Source of the DNA: Clostridiales bacterium
GTDB taxonomy: Bacteria > Bacillota > Clostridia > Lachnospirales > Lachnospiraceae
Assembly (NCBI GenBank): GCA_018369015.1
Contig: JAGZDD010000001.1
Span: 21,370 to 85,369, forward strand
Direction: 5' to 3'
Length of the DNA: 64,000 bases
Shown here: in pieces, positions 49,252 to 62,072 of the stretch
Numbering within the stretch: position 1 is the first letter of the stretch
Layout: each line of letters opens with the position of its first letter
Translations under genes and position numbers: made by a program
The notes under the pieces: generated by a model
Seen by the model: only the letters and a program-made list of their open reading frames with translations
What the model was told of the DNA's origin: nothing
The model's database searches: none

Positions 49252-50223
49252 TTGATGTTACGTTATGTTGGCAAACGTCTGCTGCAAATGATTCCGATTT
49301 TAATTATTGTTGCAATTCTTATCTTCACGCTGATGTATTTTGTACCGGGCGACCCGGTTCAGATTATTCTGGGAGATAATGCATCTGAGGAACAGATCGC
49401 GGAAACAGAAGCAGCTCTAGGCTTAGATAAGCCGTATATTGTAAGACTTGGAAATTATCTTCTTGGAATCTGCCATCTTGATTTTGGCACTTCCTATATG
49501 AAGGGAACCGAAGTCGGTGCAGACCTTATGGAACGGTTTCCCAATACACTGATTCTGGCAACCTTAAGTATTTTGTTTACTATTGCTATCGGTATTCCCC
49601 TGGGGATTCAATGCGCCATGCGCGCCAATAAGGCGACGGATAAAATATTAATGTTTTTGACCATGCTTGGCAACTCTATGCCCGGCTTCTGGCTGGCCCT
49701 CCTGCTGGTTCTTCTGTTTTCGGTAAAATTGAACTGGCTGCCGTCCAATGGCGCGGACAGCCTTAAATATTTTATCCTCCCTGTAGTCGCGAACTCCATT
49801 GGCTCCCTGGCGGATATTACAAGACAGACCCGCTCGAGTATGCTTGAGGTCATACGTTCCGACTATGTTGTTACGGCACGCTCCAAAGGCCTTCCGGAAA
49901 ACGGCGTCATCTGGAAGCATGCCCTTCCCAATGCATTAATCCCTATCATTACACTTTGTGGGAGCCGGTTCGGATTTATGCTTGGAGGAACAGTTATTAT
50001 CGAAACCGTATTTTCTATTCCGGGAATCGGTACATATCTGGTCAATGGTATTAACAGCCGCGATTATCCGATTGTCCAGGGAAGTATTATTTATATCGCA
50101 TTTATATTTGCATTTATTATGCTGCTTACCGATTTGATTTATGCTTATGTGGACCCACGGATTAAAGCGCAGTATGTCAATGCGGCGGCAAAGAAAGGAA
50201 AGGTGAAGGTTAATGAAAACTAA
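49252..50223 (+). CDS. Dpp/Opp-type ABC permease (DppB-like)
   Basis: VPGDPV, TRSSMLEV..SDYVVTARSKGL, RDYPIVQG, DPRI. Confidence 0.92.
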   Translation: MMLRYVGKRLLQMIPILIIVAILIFTLMYFVPGDPVQIILGDNASEEQIAETEAALGLDKPYIVRLGNYLLGICHLDFGTSYMKGTEVGADLMERFPNTLILATLSILFTIAIGIPLGIQCAMRANKATDKILMFLTMLGNSMPGFWLALLLVLLFSVKLNWLPSNGADSLKYFILPVVANSIGSLADITRQTRSSMLEVIRSDYVVTARSKGLPENGVIWKHALPNALIPIITLCGSRFGFMLGGTVIIETVFSIPGIGTYLVNGINSRDYPIVQGSIIYIAFIFAFIMLLTDLIYAYVDPRIKAQYVNAAAKKGKVKVNEN

Positions 50224-51094
50224 AGCTTACAAGAAAGACGGAAAAAGCATGAAGCCCGGTTCCCTTCCCTATATTTGGGCGCAGCTTCGCAAAAGCCCGG
50301 GAGCGATGTTTGGCTTGTGTTTTATTCTCGCTCTTTTTGTACTTTCCTTTCTTTCGCCGTTCATATGCCCTCATGCCTATGACGAACTTGTAATGAAGGA
50401 ACGGTTTGCCCTTCCGTCTTTGAGCCACTGGCTCGGGTGTGATGAGGTTGGCCGCGACATTTTATCAAGAATCCTTTACGGCGCTAAATTTACTCTGAGT
50501 ATTGGTATTCTTTCCACAGCCTTCAGCGCTGTGTTCGGAATTATCCTGGGAGCTGTTTCCGGATATTTCGGCGGAAAGATCGACACTCTGATTATGCGAA
50601 TCCTTGATATTTTCCAGGCATTTCCAAACATTTTGCTGGCAATTGCCATTTCAACAGTTCTTGGCAAGGGCTTTGACAAAGTGATTTATGCCATTGGTAT
50701 CAGTGGAATCCCGGCCTTTGCCCGGATGATGCGCGCCAATATACTGACCGTGCGCAACTCGGAATTTATCGAGGCGGCTTCGTCTATTAACTGTACGACC
50801 TTCCGTATTATTTCAAAGCATGTCATTCCAAACGCCATTTCGCCGCTGATTGTCCAGATTGCCATGGGTATCGCAAGCTCGGCGCTGGCAGCGTCGGGGC
50901 TTAGCTTCCTTGGCTTTGGCGTTCAGGCTCCTACGCCGGAATGGGGGGCAATGCTGGCGTCGGCCAGAGGCTATATGCGGGATTATCCCCACATGGTGAT
51001 TATTCCCGGCCTGTTTATTATGCTGACGGTATTAAGCTTTAACCTTGTAGGCGATAAGATCCGCGACGCCTTAGATCCAAAACTTAGAGATTGA
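50213..51094 (+). CDS. Dpp/Opp-type ABC permease (DppC-like)
   Basis: HWLGCDEVGRDILSRILYG, LSFLGFG..PTPEWG, GDKIRDALDP. Confidence 0.92.
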   Translation: MKTKAYKKDGKSMKPGSLPYIWAQLRKSPGAMFGLCFILALFVLSFLSPFICPHAYDELVMKERFALPSLSHWLGCDEVGRDILSRILYGAKFTLSIGILSTAFSAVFGIILGAVSGYFGGKIDTLIMRILDIFQAFPNILLAIAISTVLGKGFDKVIYAIGISGIPAFARMMRANILTVRNSEFIEAASSINCTTFRIISKHVIPNAISPLIVQIAMGIASSALAASGLSFLGFGVQAPTPEWGAMLASARGYMRDYPHMVIIPGLFIMLTVLSFNLVGDKIRDALDPKLRD

Positions 51095-51108
51095 TCGGAG
51101 GGAATACC

Positions 51109-52107
51109 ATGGACAATATGACAAAAAATGATAAAAATTTCTTCTCTGTGGAAGATCTTAAAATTGAATACACCTCCGGCGGGGAAGCCATCCATGCGGT
51201 GAATGGCATATCCTTTGAGCTTGCTAAAGGGGCGACGATTGGCCTTGTAGGTGAAACAGGCGCCGGGAAAACATCGATTGCTAAAGCGATTATGAGGATT
51301 CTTCCCGATCACGCTACAAGAGCCGTCAGCGGCAAGGTGTTTTTTGAAGGCAAGGATTTATTAAGCCTACCGGAACACGACATGCGGGGCTACCGGGGCA
51401 AAAGTATTTCCATGATTTTCCAGGACCCTATGACCGCGCTGAATCCGGTAAAAACGGTTGTTGACCAGATTGCAGAAGGGCTTGTGCTCCACCAGAGGCT
51501 AAGCAAGCATGACGCCGAAAAAGAAGCTGTTAAAATGCTGGAAACCGTAGGTATTTCCGAAGATCGCGCCTATGAGTACCCACATCAGTTTTCCGGCGGC
51601 ATGAAGCAGCGCGTCGTTATTGCCATTGCCCTGGCCTGCAAGCCGGAGCTGCTCATTGCCGATGAACCGACGACTGCCCTGGATGTGACGATTCAGGCCC
51701 AGGTACTTGACCTGATGAAAAATCTCCAGAAGGAGCTGGGCACAGCAATGATACTCATTACCCACGACCTAGGCGTTGTTGCAGATGTCTGTGAAAGCGT
51801 TGCTGTTGTTTACGCCGGAAAGATTGTTGAGTATGGAAGCAAGGAGGATATTTTCGACCATGGCTCACATCCATATACGATCGGGCTGTTTGGGGCGCTG
51901 CCTGACCTTAGCAAGGATGTGCGCCGCCTCTCCCCGGTAGAAGGGCTGCCGCCGGACCCGACGAATCTGCCAGAGGGCTGCGCATTTGCGCCGCGTTGTC
52001 CTCATGCGACCGACGCCTGCCGGTCGGGCGCTGTAGAAATGACGGAAATCCGCCCGAAGCATTTTGTACGCTGTATTCGCTGCAAAGAAATAAGGAGGGA
52101 AAAGTAA
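51109..52107 (+). CDS. Dpp/Opp ABC ATPase (DppD-like)
   Basis: [25 protein letters not shown]-terminal Cys cluster. Confidence 0.93.
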   Translation: MDNMTKNDKNFFSVEDLKIEYTSGGEAIHAVNGISFELAKGATIGLVGETGAGKTSIAKAIMRILPDHATRAVSGKVFFEGKDLLSLPEHDMRGYRGKSISMIFQDPMTALNPVKTVVDQIAEGLVLHQRLSKHDAEKEAVKMLETVGISEDRAYEYPHQFSGGMKQRVVIAIALACKPELLIADEPTTALDVTIQAQVLDLMKNLQKELGTAMILITHDLGVVADVCESVAVVYAGKIVEYGSKEDIFDHGSHPYTIGLFGALPDLSKDVRRLSPVEGLPPDPTNLPEGCAFAPRCPHATDACRSGAVEMTEIRPKHFVRCIRCKEIRREK

Positions 52108-52108
52108 T

Positions 52109-53059
52109 ATGGCACTTCTTGAAATTGAACACCTTAAAAAATATTTCCCCTCTCCGCGGGGAATGGTTCACGCAGTCGACGATGTGTCCTTTTCGATTCA
52201 GAAGGGGGAAACCATGGGCCTTGTCGGTGAATCCGGGTGCGGCAAATCAACGCTTGGGCGGACGATCATTCATCTGCTGGAAAGTACGGGCGGAAAGATT
52301 AAATTTGAAGGCCAGGATGTGACCCGCTTAAATAAAAAGGAGCTTATAAAGCTGCGCGAGGATATGCAAATTATTTTCCAGGACCCATATTCTTCGCTGA
52401 ATCCAAGGCTGACGCTTTTAGATACTGTTATGGAGCCGCTAAAGCTTTCCGGAAGGTTTAAAAAGGAAGAGCTGGAGGCAGAAACAACACGGCTGATGGA
52501 TTTAGTTGGCGTTGAAAAAAGGTTCCGTATGTCCTATCCCCATGAGCTGGACGGCGGACGGCGCCAGCGTGTGGGAATTGCCAGGGCTATTGCCCTGAAC
52601 CCGAAGTTTGTTGTATGTGACGAGCCGGTTTCCGCGCTGGATGTATCTATTCAGGCACAGATTTTAAATCTGCTTATGGACCTCCAGGACAAATACGGGC
52701 TGACTTATTTATTTGTGACCCATGACCTTTCGGTTGTGCGGCATATTTCCACAAATATCAGCGTTATGTACCTTGGGCAGATGGTGGAAACAGGGCCGAC
52801 AAAGGAGCTGTTTGAGCATCCGCTTCATCCTTATACAAAGGTGTTGCTTTCAGCAATCCCGACGGTAGATATACATCATAAAAAATCGCGGATACTTGTC
52901 AAGGGCGAGATTAATTCCCCGATCAACCCGAAGCCGGGCTGCCGGTTTGCCCTGCGCTGTCCGTATGCGACGGACCAGTGCCGCGAGCCTGTGGAGCTTA
53001 AGGAAATAAGCAAAGGACATTTCTGCGCGTGCTGCCGCGCTGCTGAATTGAACAACTAA
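52109..53059 (+). CDS. Dpp/Opp ABC ATPase (DppF-like)
   Basis: GESGCGKST, LDGGRRQR, DEPVSALD, GCRF..RCP. Confidence 0.93.
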   Translation: MALLEIEHLKKYFPSPRGMVHAVDDVSFSIQKGETMGLVGESGCGKSTLGRTIIHLLESTGGKIKFEGQDVTRLNKKELIKLREDMQIIFQDPYSSLNPRLTLLDTVMEPLKLSGRFKKEELEAETTRLMDLVGVEKRFRMSYPHELDGGRRQRVGIARAIALNPKFVVCDEPVSALDVSIQAQILNLLMDLQDKYGLTYLFVTHDLSVVRHISTNISVMYLGQMVETGPTKELFEHPLHPYTKVLLSAIPTVDIHHKKSRILVKGEINSPINPKPGCRFALRCPYATDQCREPVELKEISKGHFCACCRAAELNN

Positions 53060-53081
53060 GAAGATGAATGGGGGATTTGAT

Positions 53082-53657
53082 ATGAAATCGCTGCGGGAAC
53101 AATTTGAAATGGATTATGCTCCGGTTCCCTACACGGCAAAGCCCGGAGGAAAAGTAAAAATCCGCTATGCTTATGACGGGCCGTGGTATTTTTGGGAGCT
53201 TCCCAGGGAAGTCCTGAAAAAGAAAAAATGGACGCTTACATGTATGAGTATTGCTGTTTTTGTCCTTTTTATCATGTCGGCGCTCATACCCTGCGGGGTC
53301 AATGTATGGACGGTAACAGCGGTTGCCGGAGTCTGTGGCCTGGCTGCGCATGTTTTGGAGCTTTTTGGAATTATCCGGTTTCTGGCGGCCAAAGCATACA
53401 CGACCCGGATGAATTACAGCTATGTGAACGGCATTATGACTATTGTACCGTGGCTCCACGGAATATGCCTTTTGGGCGCCTTTCTTTCCGGCGTGGCATA
53501 TATGGTCAAAAATTCCGTAAATATGCCAAATATTGCGGCGTCCGCAGGCTATCTGGTATGCGCGGTTTTGTGCTTTATCATCGCGGCGTCCTATCAAAAA
53601 ATCCCCTTTGGAACATGTAAAAATCAGACTGTAACAGACAGAAAAAAGAAGGCGTAA
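53082..53657 (+). CDS. hypothetical membrane protein (about 4 TM)
   Basis: Hydrophobic segments; tightly packed in the operon; SD GGGGG before ATG 53082. Confidence 0.7.
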   Translation: MKSLREQFEMDYAPVPYTAKPGGKVKIRYAYDGPWYFWELPREVLKKKKWTLTCMSIAVFVLFIMSALIPCGVNVWTVTAVAGVCGLAAHVLELFGIIRFLAAKAYTTRMNYSYVNGIMTIVPWLHGICLLGAFLSGVAYMVKNSVNMPNIAASAGYLVCAVLCFIIAASYQKIPFGTCKNQTVTDRKKKA

Positions 53658-53658
53658 A

Positions 53659-54741
53659 ATGAACGGAAAGAGATTAAAATATGCGGTTATCGGTTATGGC
53701 TTTATTGGAAGAAGGCATGTTAATACACTGAAAAACTTTCCAGATGTGGATTGCGTCGCTGTATGTGACATCAATCCCCAAAGGTGTGAAGAAGTAAAGG
53801 CACTTTATCCCGAAATCCAGGTTTATGAAGCTTCCAAAGAAATGTTTGAGAAAGCGGACTTTGACGGCGTGATTATTGCAGCAAATAATAACCAGCACAA
53901 AAAGCTGGCTATACAGGCGGCAAAGGCGGGCAGGCATATTCTTGTTGAAAAGCCTGCGGCGCTGACCGTAGACGAGTTTGATGAAATGATCCGGGAAGCG
54001 CAGCAGGCCGGCGTGACCTTAACGGTTCACCAGCAAAGACGGTTTGACAAGGATTTTTGCAGTGTTAAGGAATGTTATGACCGCGGTCTTGTTGGGAGAA
54101 CCTATATGATTAAAAGCTCCCTTTACGGCTACAACGGAAATATGCATGACTGGCACGTATATAAATCCGAGGGCGGAGGAATGCTTTATGACTGGGGCGT
54201 ACACCTGATTGACCAGATTTTGTATATGATTGACAGCCGGATTGTTTCGGTTTATGCTGATGTAAGAAATGTAATTAATAAAGAGGTGGATGATTATTTT
54301 AATATCATCCTCCGCTTTGAAAATATGGTTACTGTGCAAATCGAATTGGGAACCTATGTCCTTTCAGACAAAAAGGATTGGTTTGAACGTCATTGGTATG
54401 TTGGCGGAGATAAAGGCAGTATGTATGCGGATAAATTTAATCCAGAAGGAAAAATCGTGCGTACCTCGAGGCTTCTTGAAAATGCTGCCATGGATCAGGA
54501 CAAATCATTAGCCTCCTATGGTCCGACCCGTTCCTTTGGCGTTCCCGCGCCTGGGCTAATCGTTACGGAAAATATTCCGGCAGTCAGCAGCGAGCAGATA
54601 CAATTTTTCTCAAATTATTTCCGGGCAGTCCGGGGAGAGGAGGCGTTTCTGGTAAAGCTTCCCGAGGTGCGCCGTGTACTTTCGGTGATGGAGGCGTGCC
54701 GGGAATCGGCCAGGACAATGCGCAGTATTGCTTTTGAATAG
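53659..54741 (+). CDS. Gfo/Idh/MocA oxidoreductase
   Basis: IGYGFIG, VEKP, HQQRRFD, GGGMLYDWGVHLID. Confidence 0.92.
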   Translation: MNGKRLKYAVIGYGFIGRRHVNTLKNFPDVDCVAVCDINPQRCEEVKALYPEIQVYEASKEMFEKADFDGVIIAANNNQHKKLAIQAAKAGRHILVEKPAALTVDEFDEMIREAQQAGVTLTVHQQRRFDKDFCSVKECYDRGLVGRTYMIKSSLYGYNGNMHDWHVYKSEGGGMLYDWGVHLIDQILYMIDSRIVSVYADVRNVINKEVDDYFNIILRFENMVTVQIELGTYVLSDKKDWFERHWYVGGDKGSMYADKFNPEGKIVRTSRLLENAAMDQDKSLASYGPTRSFGVPAPGLIVTENIPAVSSEQIQFFSNYFRAVRGEEAFLVKLPEVRRVLSVMEACRESARTMRSIAFE

Positions 54742-54755
54742 TCGGAGGTTCTTAC

Positions 54756-57218
54756 ATGGAGAGAAATTATCTGCGCCCGGACAGCTTTGTTGAGCTGGAT
54801 TTTACCGCAGAGGAGCATATGGGTATACATAGCCATTCAGATATGGAATTTTTGTTTATTATTAGCGGGAGAGTTGCGGTCCGTGTGGAGGAAAGCCTTT
54901 ATCAGCTCAACCAGGGTGATATGCTTTTAATTAATGTCAACAGGAACCACAGCTATTCCGGCAGCCCGGATCTTGTTATGGGGCGTTTTCTGATCTCCTA
55001 TAACAAGATCCGGGATTTCCTTAAAAAGAGCGAGGTTTTATTCTGGTGCAATTCGGCGGATGATGTGAACAGCGCCTATGATGAATTGAGAAAGCTGATC
55101 GGAAGGATATTAAATCAGTACGTCTATAAATCCGAAGCTAACAGTTTGTATTTAAACAGTCTTTATTATCAGATGCTCCATCTTATGGCAGAAAATTTTC
55201 TCCTGTCCGTAGATAATCACAATTATGACACAAAAAATGAGGCGGATAATGACCGGCTTAAACAAATTTTTTCATACATCCGTACCAATTACAGTAAAAA
55301 TATTACTCTGGATGATTTAGCCCGTGAGCTGTACCTTTCGCCGACCTATATTTCAAAATATATACGTAAAACCTGCGGTATGCGTTTTATGGAACTGCTG
55401 ACTACGGTGCGTTTAAGCCATGCTGTGGAGGACCTCCTATATTTTGACAGCTCAGTGATGAAGATTGCCCTAGACAATGGCTTTGCCAGTGTGGCGGCCT
55501 GCAATAAGGCGTTTAAAGAAGCCTACCAAATGACGCCGTCACAGTTTCGCAGGGAACGGCGCCAGGATAAGCGGGGATTATCGGCGGCAGAACAGGAGCG
55601 CACAAAAAGAATCGCCAGGAGCGTTGATGATTACCTGAATAAATATCCCCAAAAGACGGAACAAAACACGGTGACGGAAGGGCTTTCCCTGATGATCGAG
55701 GGGAACCGGGAGCCTTGCCTGCGCCGCAGTACATGCTGGCTGAAGCTGATTAATGCCGGGTCCGCTGAATCTTTAATGAACACAAAGCTTTGTTCCCAGA
55801 TTGAAAAGCATAAGGAGCTGATGGGCTTTGAATACGTGAGATTTTGGGATTTATATGCCCCGGGGATGCACTTGGATATTAACGCGCCCCATGACGTCCA
55901 AAATTACAGCAGGCTGGATATTGTCACGGATTTTCTTGTTGGCCATCACTTAAAGCCTTACATAGAGCTTGGGGCAAAGCCTCTGCGTATTTTTAGAAAT
56001 ACAAGAAAGACGGTTGTCGATATAAAGCGTGAACTGGATTTTGTATCAGAAGAGCAAATTTCGGATTTCTATGCCGGGCTGGCGCGGCATTTTGTAGGCC
56101 GGTACGGCGAGGAGGAGGTTAAAAGCTGGTACTTTGAAGTGTGGGAAAAAACACAGATTGGCTATGAAAGCCAGTTAAGCTATTCCAGCACCGAAATATC
56201 CGAAGAACATCACAAGGCGTATTTTAAGCAATTTAACCGTATTGCGGGAGCAATAAGAAAAATCATTCCAGACGCAAAGCTTGGCGGAGGCGGCTTTGTC
56301 GTGCGGGTATATAGTCAGGAAGGCTTTAAAAAGGTGCTTTCTTTGTGGAAGAAAGAGCAGGAGCAGCCGGATTTTATTTCGATCACTTGCTTTCCCTACA
56401 GTCTTGAAAAAATGGGAAACAGGTATTATGAGAAAAGGATTTCAGATATGGATTTTGTGAGCCAGAATATTCAACTGGCGCACAAGGCTATGGAAGAAAA
56501 TCATTGGGAAAATAAGGAGCTTCATGTTTCCGAATACAGCTTTAGCCTTTCAAACCGCAATGTGCTCAATGACAGTTGTATTAAAGGCGCTTTTCTTGTA
56601 TCGAATATGGTATCTCATTTTGATCCTGTGGACATGGCCGGACACTGGCTGCTTTGCGATGTGTATTCGGATGAGAAGGACAGCGGCACCGTTTTGTTCG
56701 GAGGCTGCGGCGTTTTGTCAAAGGACGGTATTCCAAAGCCGGGCTATTATGCCTTTGAATTTTGGAATAAGCTTTATGAGGATGTTATTTTTAAACACGA
56801 CAATATGGTTGTAACGCGGGGGCGCGCAGGATCATTCCGTATACTGTGTCACAATTTTAAGCGGCCCAATTATAATTACTATATTTCCGAGGAGGATGAG
56901 ATTCCGGTGAAAAATCTGTCCGGTATTTTGGATGACCGGGAGTTTTTAACGCTGAAAATGGAAATCAGCCGTCTTGATGAAGGTACATATATTATCCGAA
57001 AAAACCGTGTCAACCGGAAGCACGGAAGCGTCCAGGATAAATGGATGGGGCTGAATATGGAATCTGGCCTGACGATTAAAGAGCTGGAATATCTTGAAAA
57101 AAGCAGTATCAGTGAAATTACATTGACAGAGCAGACGACTTGCGGCGGCAGCCTGTGTTTTGAAATTGTTTTAGAACCTAATGAAATTCAACTGGTTGAT
57201 ATTCGTATAAAGAGATGA
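54756..57218 (+). CDS. AraC-family regulator fused to a GH39-like domain
   Basis: Cupin, AraC HTH (ALDNGF...AFK..YQMTPSQFR), then a GH39-like barrel (FEYVRFW, PYIELG, VSEYS, G..SKDGIPKP.YY). Confidence 0.85.
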   Translation: MERNYLRPDSFVELDFTAEEHMGIHSHSDMEFLFIISGRVAVRVEESLYQLNQGDMLLINVNRNHSYSGSPDLVMGRFLISYNKIRDFLKKSEVLFWCNSADDVNSAYDELRKLIGRILNQYVYKSEANSLYLNSLYYQMLHLMAENFLLSVDNHNYDTKNEADNDRLKQIFSYIRTNYSKNITLDDLARELYLSPTYISKYIRKTCGMRFMELLTTVRLSHAVEDLLYFDSSVMKIALDNGFASVAACNKAFKEAYQMTPSQFRRERRQDKRGLSAAEQERTKRIARSVDDYLNKYPQKTEQNTVTEGLSLMIEGNREPCLRRSTCWLKLINAGSAESLMNTKLCSQIEKHKELMGFEYVRFWDLYAPGMHLDINAPHDVQNYSRLDIVTDFLVGHHLKPYIELGAKPLRIFRNTRKTVVDIKRELDFVSEEQISDFYAGLARHFVGRYGEEEVKSWYFEVWEKTQIGYESQLSYSSTEISEEHHKAYFKQFNRIAGAIRKIIPDAKLGGGGFVVRVYSQEGFKKVLSLWKKEQEQPDFISITCFPYSLEKMGNRYYEKRISDMDFVSQNIQLAHKAMEENHWENKELHVSEYSFSLSNRNVLNDSCIKGAFLVSNMVSHFDPVDMAGHWLLCDVYSDEKDSGTVLFGGCGVLSKDGIPKPGYYAFEFWNKLYEDVIFKHDNMVVTRGRAGSFRILCHNFKRPNYNYYISEEDEIPVKNLSGILDDREFLTLKMEISRLDEGTYIIRKNRVNRKHGSVQDKWMGLNMESGLTIKELEYLEKSSISEITLTEQTTCGGSLCFEIVLEPNEIQLVDIRIKR

Positions 57219-57227
57219 AAAGAGAGA

Positions 57228-57866
57228 ATGATGACAAAGAAAAAGACTTATAATATGGCGGCACGGCTTGGCATTTATTTTGCAGGGCTTTGGATTGTTT
57301 CACTGGGGATTGTGCTGTGCAAAAAATGCGGCTTTGGCATTTCCCCTATAAGCTGCGTTCCCTTTGTCCTGGAATCAGTCGTTCCGCTAAGCTTTGGCAT
57401 GCTGACGATGATTTTTCATCTGGTCAATATTTTGATACAGGCGGTACTTAAGAAGGGGATTGATATTAAGCTGGTTTTGCAGGTTCCCGTAGCCGTCCTG
57501 TTCGGGTGGGGCATTGATTTGCTGCAAAAGCTGATTGTGATTACGCCAGATATGATAGCGCTGCGTGTGCTTGCCCTTGTGTTCAGCGTATTTTTTACCG
57601 CCCTTGGGATGCTGTTCATGGTCAGTATGAATCTTGTGCAAAATCCTCCGGACGGCACGGTAAAAATGCTGAGTATCCGGTGCCGGAGGGAGTTTGGCAC
57701 GGTGAAAATCGCCTACGATGTCGTTTGCGTTGCCGCGGCGGCGGCCCTGGGGCTTATTTTTCTTGGAAAGCTGTCGGGAATCGGCATAGCGACCATTGTT
57801 TCAGCCCTATTTGTAGGCCGGACGGTGAGCTGGCTGCGCGGCGGGATTAAGCTACAATGCTTTTGA
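57228..57866 (+). CDS. YczE/YyaS/YitT-family membrane protein
   Basis: GISPISCVP, P.DG, KIAYD, GIGIATIVSALFVG repeated-domain pattern. Confidence 0.8.
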   Translation: MMTKKKTYNMAARLGIYFAGLWIVSLGIVLCKKCGFGISPISCVPFVLESVVPLSFGMLTMIFHLVNILIQAVLKKGIDIKLVLQVPVAVLFGWGIDLLQKLIVITPDMIALRVLALVFSVFFTALGMLFMVSMNLVQNPPDGTVKMLSIRCRREFGTVKIAYDVVCVAAAAALGLIFLGKLSGIGIATIVSALFVGRTVSWLRGGIKLQCF

Positions 57867-58109
57867 CCTGGAGCGGCGCCGAAGGGGGAGAAATTTTTTG
57901 GAACAGCGAGAGGCGCTAAGTGCCGGTATTGCTAAGCGCCGGCCGAAGTAAAACTCAGATCAGATGAAAGCAGGGGAGTTAGCTTGGCGGGCATATCGTC
58001 TGTGAAAGAAGCCTTTTCGATCATATATTTTTCTGATGTATGTATCGAGTAGTTCAGTTGAATGATTAAATAAAGATTAGGCTAAAGGGAGAGCTGGTAA
58101 GTTTTGAAA

Positions 58110-59683
<1,574 letters not shown>

Positions 59684-59699
59684 CAGAAGAAGGGGGCGT

Positions 59700-62072
59700 G
59701 TGGGAAGTAAGATGGTACATCAGGGGTTTAGTCTTGAATTTCAAGAGGCGCAGCAGGAACCGGAAGTCATGGTATTTGATTTGCGGCTAATTTATATTTT
59801 GTCTGGGGAAATGTCGGTGCATATTGGATCGGAAAATTTTAAAGCCAGCTCCGGCGATTTTTTCGTAATTAATGCAGGCCAGGAATATGGCTGGAAAAGC
59901 GCCAAAACGTGTCTGTTTGCCCGGCTTGAAATGAACTATAAGCAATTTGCAGGTAGGCTAAAAACACCCTGGCTCTATTTGATCTGCAATAGCGCGAGGC
60001 GGGATTTTGACGCAGATGTATATAGGCGCCTTAGAATGATTTTGGCCCGGCTAGTCCGGGAATATACAATACCTGAATCCATAGGCTTTAAAAGAGAGTG
60101 TCTGTGGTATGGCCTTATGGATATGCTTGTACAAAACTTTATGTTTCATGTACCTGAGTCTTTTGGGGAAATGCCTGCCAGCGAGCGTATACTTTATGTA
60201 ATGCAGTATGTATGCGCCAATTATTGGGAGGAGCTTACAATGGATGCCGCTGCCAGGAAAATGCATTTATCAATGTCGGCATTTTCCAGATGGTTTAAAA
60301 AGCAGAGCGGCATGAATTATGGAGATTTTGTACAACAGGTAAGGATGTTTCATAGTGTGCAAAATTTACTTTATACGGATAAGTCCGTCACAGATACGGC
60401 GCTGGACAGTGGATTTTCCAGCGCCGCTGTATTCACAAAGCTGTTTCATAAAAAGTATGGGATGACGCCTACGGATTATCGTAAAAAATTTTATTTTCAG
60501 AAGCAGGAGAAATGTCTATTTGTCGAGCAAGTCCGATGTTCGCAGGAAATGGCGCTTTTAAATCAGTCGGAAGTGATGCAGGGTATAAATACGATTTTGG
60601 CTGATACACAACAGGGGAAAAAATGGGAAAATTGCTGGAATCAGGCCGTTAACATTGAGGAAGCTGTGGAGCTTATGTCGGCAAAAATGCAGCGGCAGAT
60701 TTCAAGGCTTCACGAACAGCTTGGCTTCAAATATATTCGCCTGGGAAATATTTTTTCTGAAAAAATGAAGCTTCGGAAAAATCATGGGCTCCATGGTTTT
60801 AACTATGACAGTTTGGATGCAATTATAGATTTTATCATATCTTTGGGAATGCATCCTTTTATTAACCTATGCGACCGGGAACGTAGTGTGCGTCTGGCTA
60901 TTAATGAAGCGCTATATACAGAAGGGCGGGAAGGAATTTTCGTGTGCTGGGAGGAAATGATTTCCGTTATTTCAGAAACTTTCCGGCATTTTGTGATGCG
61001 TTACGGACAGGAGGAAGTTTCTGACTGGCTGGTCGAGTGTTGGTATGATGACCGGGAACATAGATTTATGGGATTGGATGAAAACTATGTCAGAGGATTT
61101 CAGGAAATCGCCCGGGTTATTAAAAATATCGTTCCGGGAATCCAAATGGGCGGCTGTGGCCTGGCGCTGAATGTCAGTGAAGCCTATTTTAGAAATATTG
61201 TTAAGGAATGGCAGCAATGTCATTTCTCGCCAGATTTTATATCTATTTATATTTATCCTTATACAGATATTTACAGCCAGCTTTCAGATTTTGATTATAC
61301 CCGGAAAAGCCTGGAGCTATGCCAGAATATTTTAAAACAGTATGGAATGGATCAGGTCCATATTTTTGTCTCAGAGTGGAATTTAAGCGTTTCTGCCCGG
61401 AATTTTTATAATGACAGTTGTGCGAAAGCGTCAATGCTGCTTGGCCACGCAGCGTCTTCCATAGGAAAGGCTAAAATGTATATTTATAGTATGGCCAGCG
61501 ATCTGTCAGCAAATTATTATGATTCCTCCGCCCTGCTTTTTGGCGCGCCCGGGCTCTTAAGCAAAGACGGTTTACGAAAACCTGTTTTTTATGCGCTTTT
61601 GTTTATGAACCGGCTTTCGGGAAATTTGCTTTGTTCAGGGCCTTCATATATGATTACTGAGAAGGACCACGGCGAATACCAGTTGCTTTTGTTCCATGCG
61701 AAGTCCTTAGGCTATAAATACTATCTTAAAAAAGAGTATCATATTTTGCCGGAAGATTTGGAGGATGCCTTTGAAGATATGTCCGAAAAATGTATTGAGC
61801 TGGAAATCAGAGGCGCTGCGTATCGGGAATACTATGCAAAGTACGAGTTATTGGACACTGAAAATGGAAGTCTTTTGGACGCATGGTTAAACATGGGAGC
61901 AACGGAGGCTATGACCGTCAAAGATATTGACTATTTAGAAAGCATTACTTTACCAAGGGTAAAATTTAAGAAAATTTTTGCGGATGGGAATCTGCTGAGA
62001 TTCAGGGAAGCTTTAAAACCTCACGAAATTCAATATATTCATATTTATCCAAGAAACTCCTGGGAGAAATGA
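59700..62072 (+). CDS. AraC-family regulator fused to a GH39-like domain
   Basis: AraC HTH (ALDSGFSS...YGMTPTDYR) plus GH39-like barrel (FKYIRL, VSEWN, GLLSKDGLRKP). Confidence 0.85.
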   Translation: MGSKMVHQGFSLEFQEAQQEPEVMVFDLRLIYILSGEMSVHIGSENFKASSGDFFVINAGQEYGWKSAKTCLFARLEMNYKQFAGRLKTPWLYLICNSARRDFDADVYRRLRMILARLVREYTIPESIGFKRECLWYGLMDMLVQNFMFHVPESFGEMPASERILYVMQYVCANYWEELTMDAAARKMHLSMSAFSRWFKKQSGMNYGDFVQQVRMFHSVQNLLYTDKSVTDTALDSGFSSAAVFTKLFHKKYGMTPTDYRKKFYFQKQEKCLFVEQVRCSQEMALLNQSEVMQGINTILADTQQGKKWENCWNQAVNIEEAVELMSAKMQRQISRLHEQLGFKYIRLGNIFSEKMKLRKNHGLHGFNYDSLDAIIDFIISLGMHPFINLCDRERSVRLAINEALYTEGREGIFVCWEEMISVISETFRHFVMRYGQEEVSDWLVECWYDDREHRFMGLDENYVRGFQEIARVIKNIVPGIQMGGCGLALNVSEAYFRNIVKEWQQCHFSPDFISIYIYPYTDIYSQLSDFDYTRKSLELCQNILKQYGMDQVHIFVSEWNLSVSARNFYNDSCAKASMLLGHAASSIGKAKMYIYSMASDLSANYYDSSALLFGAPGLLSKDGLRKPVFYALLFMNRLSGNLLCSGPSYMITEKDHGEYQLLLFHAKSLGYKYYLKKEYHILPEDLEDAFEDMSEKCIELEIRGAAYREYYAKYELLDTENGSLLDAWLNMGATEAMTVKDIDYLESITLPRVKFKKIFADGNLLRFREALKPHEIQYIHIYPRNSWEK

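Noticed and set aside
52540..52570. ABC signature LDGG instead of LSGG as a sign of inactivation
   Set aside because: The variant is familiar in clostridial DppF-like ATPases; Walker motifs are intact.
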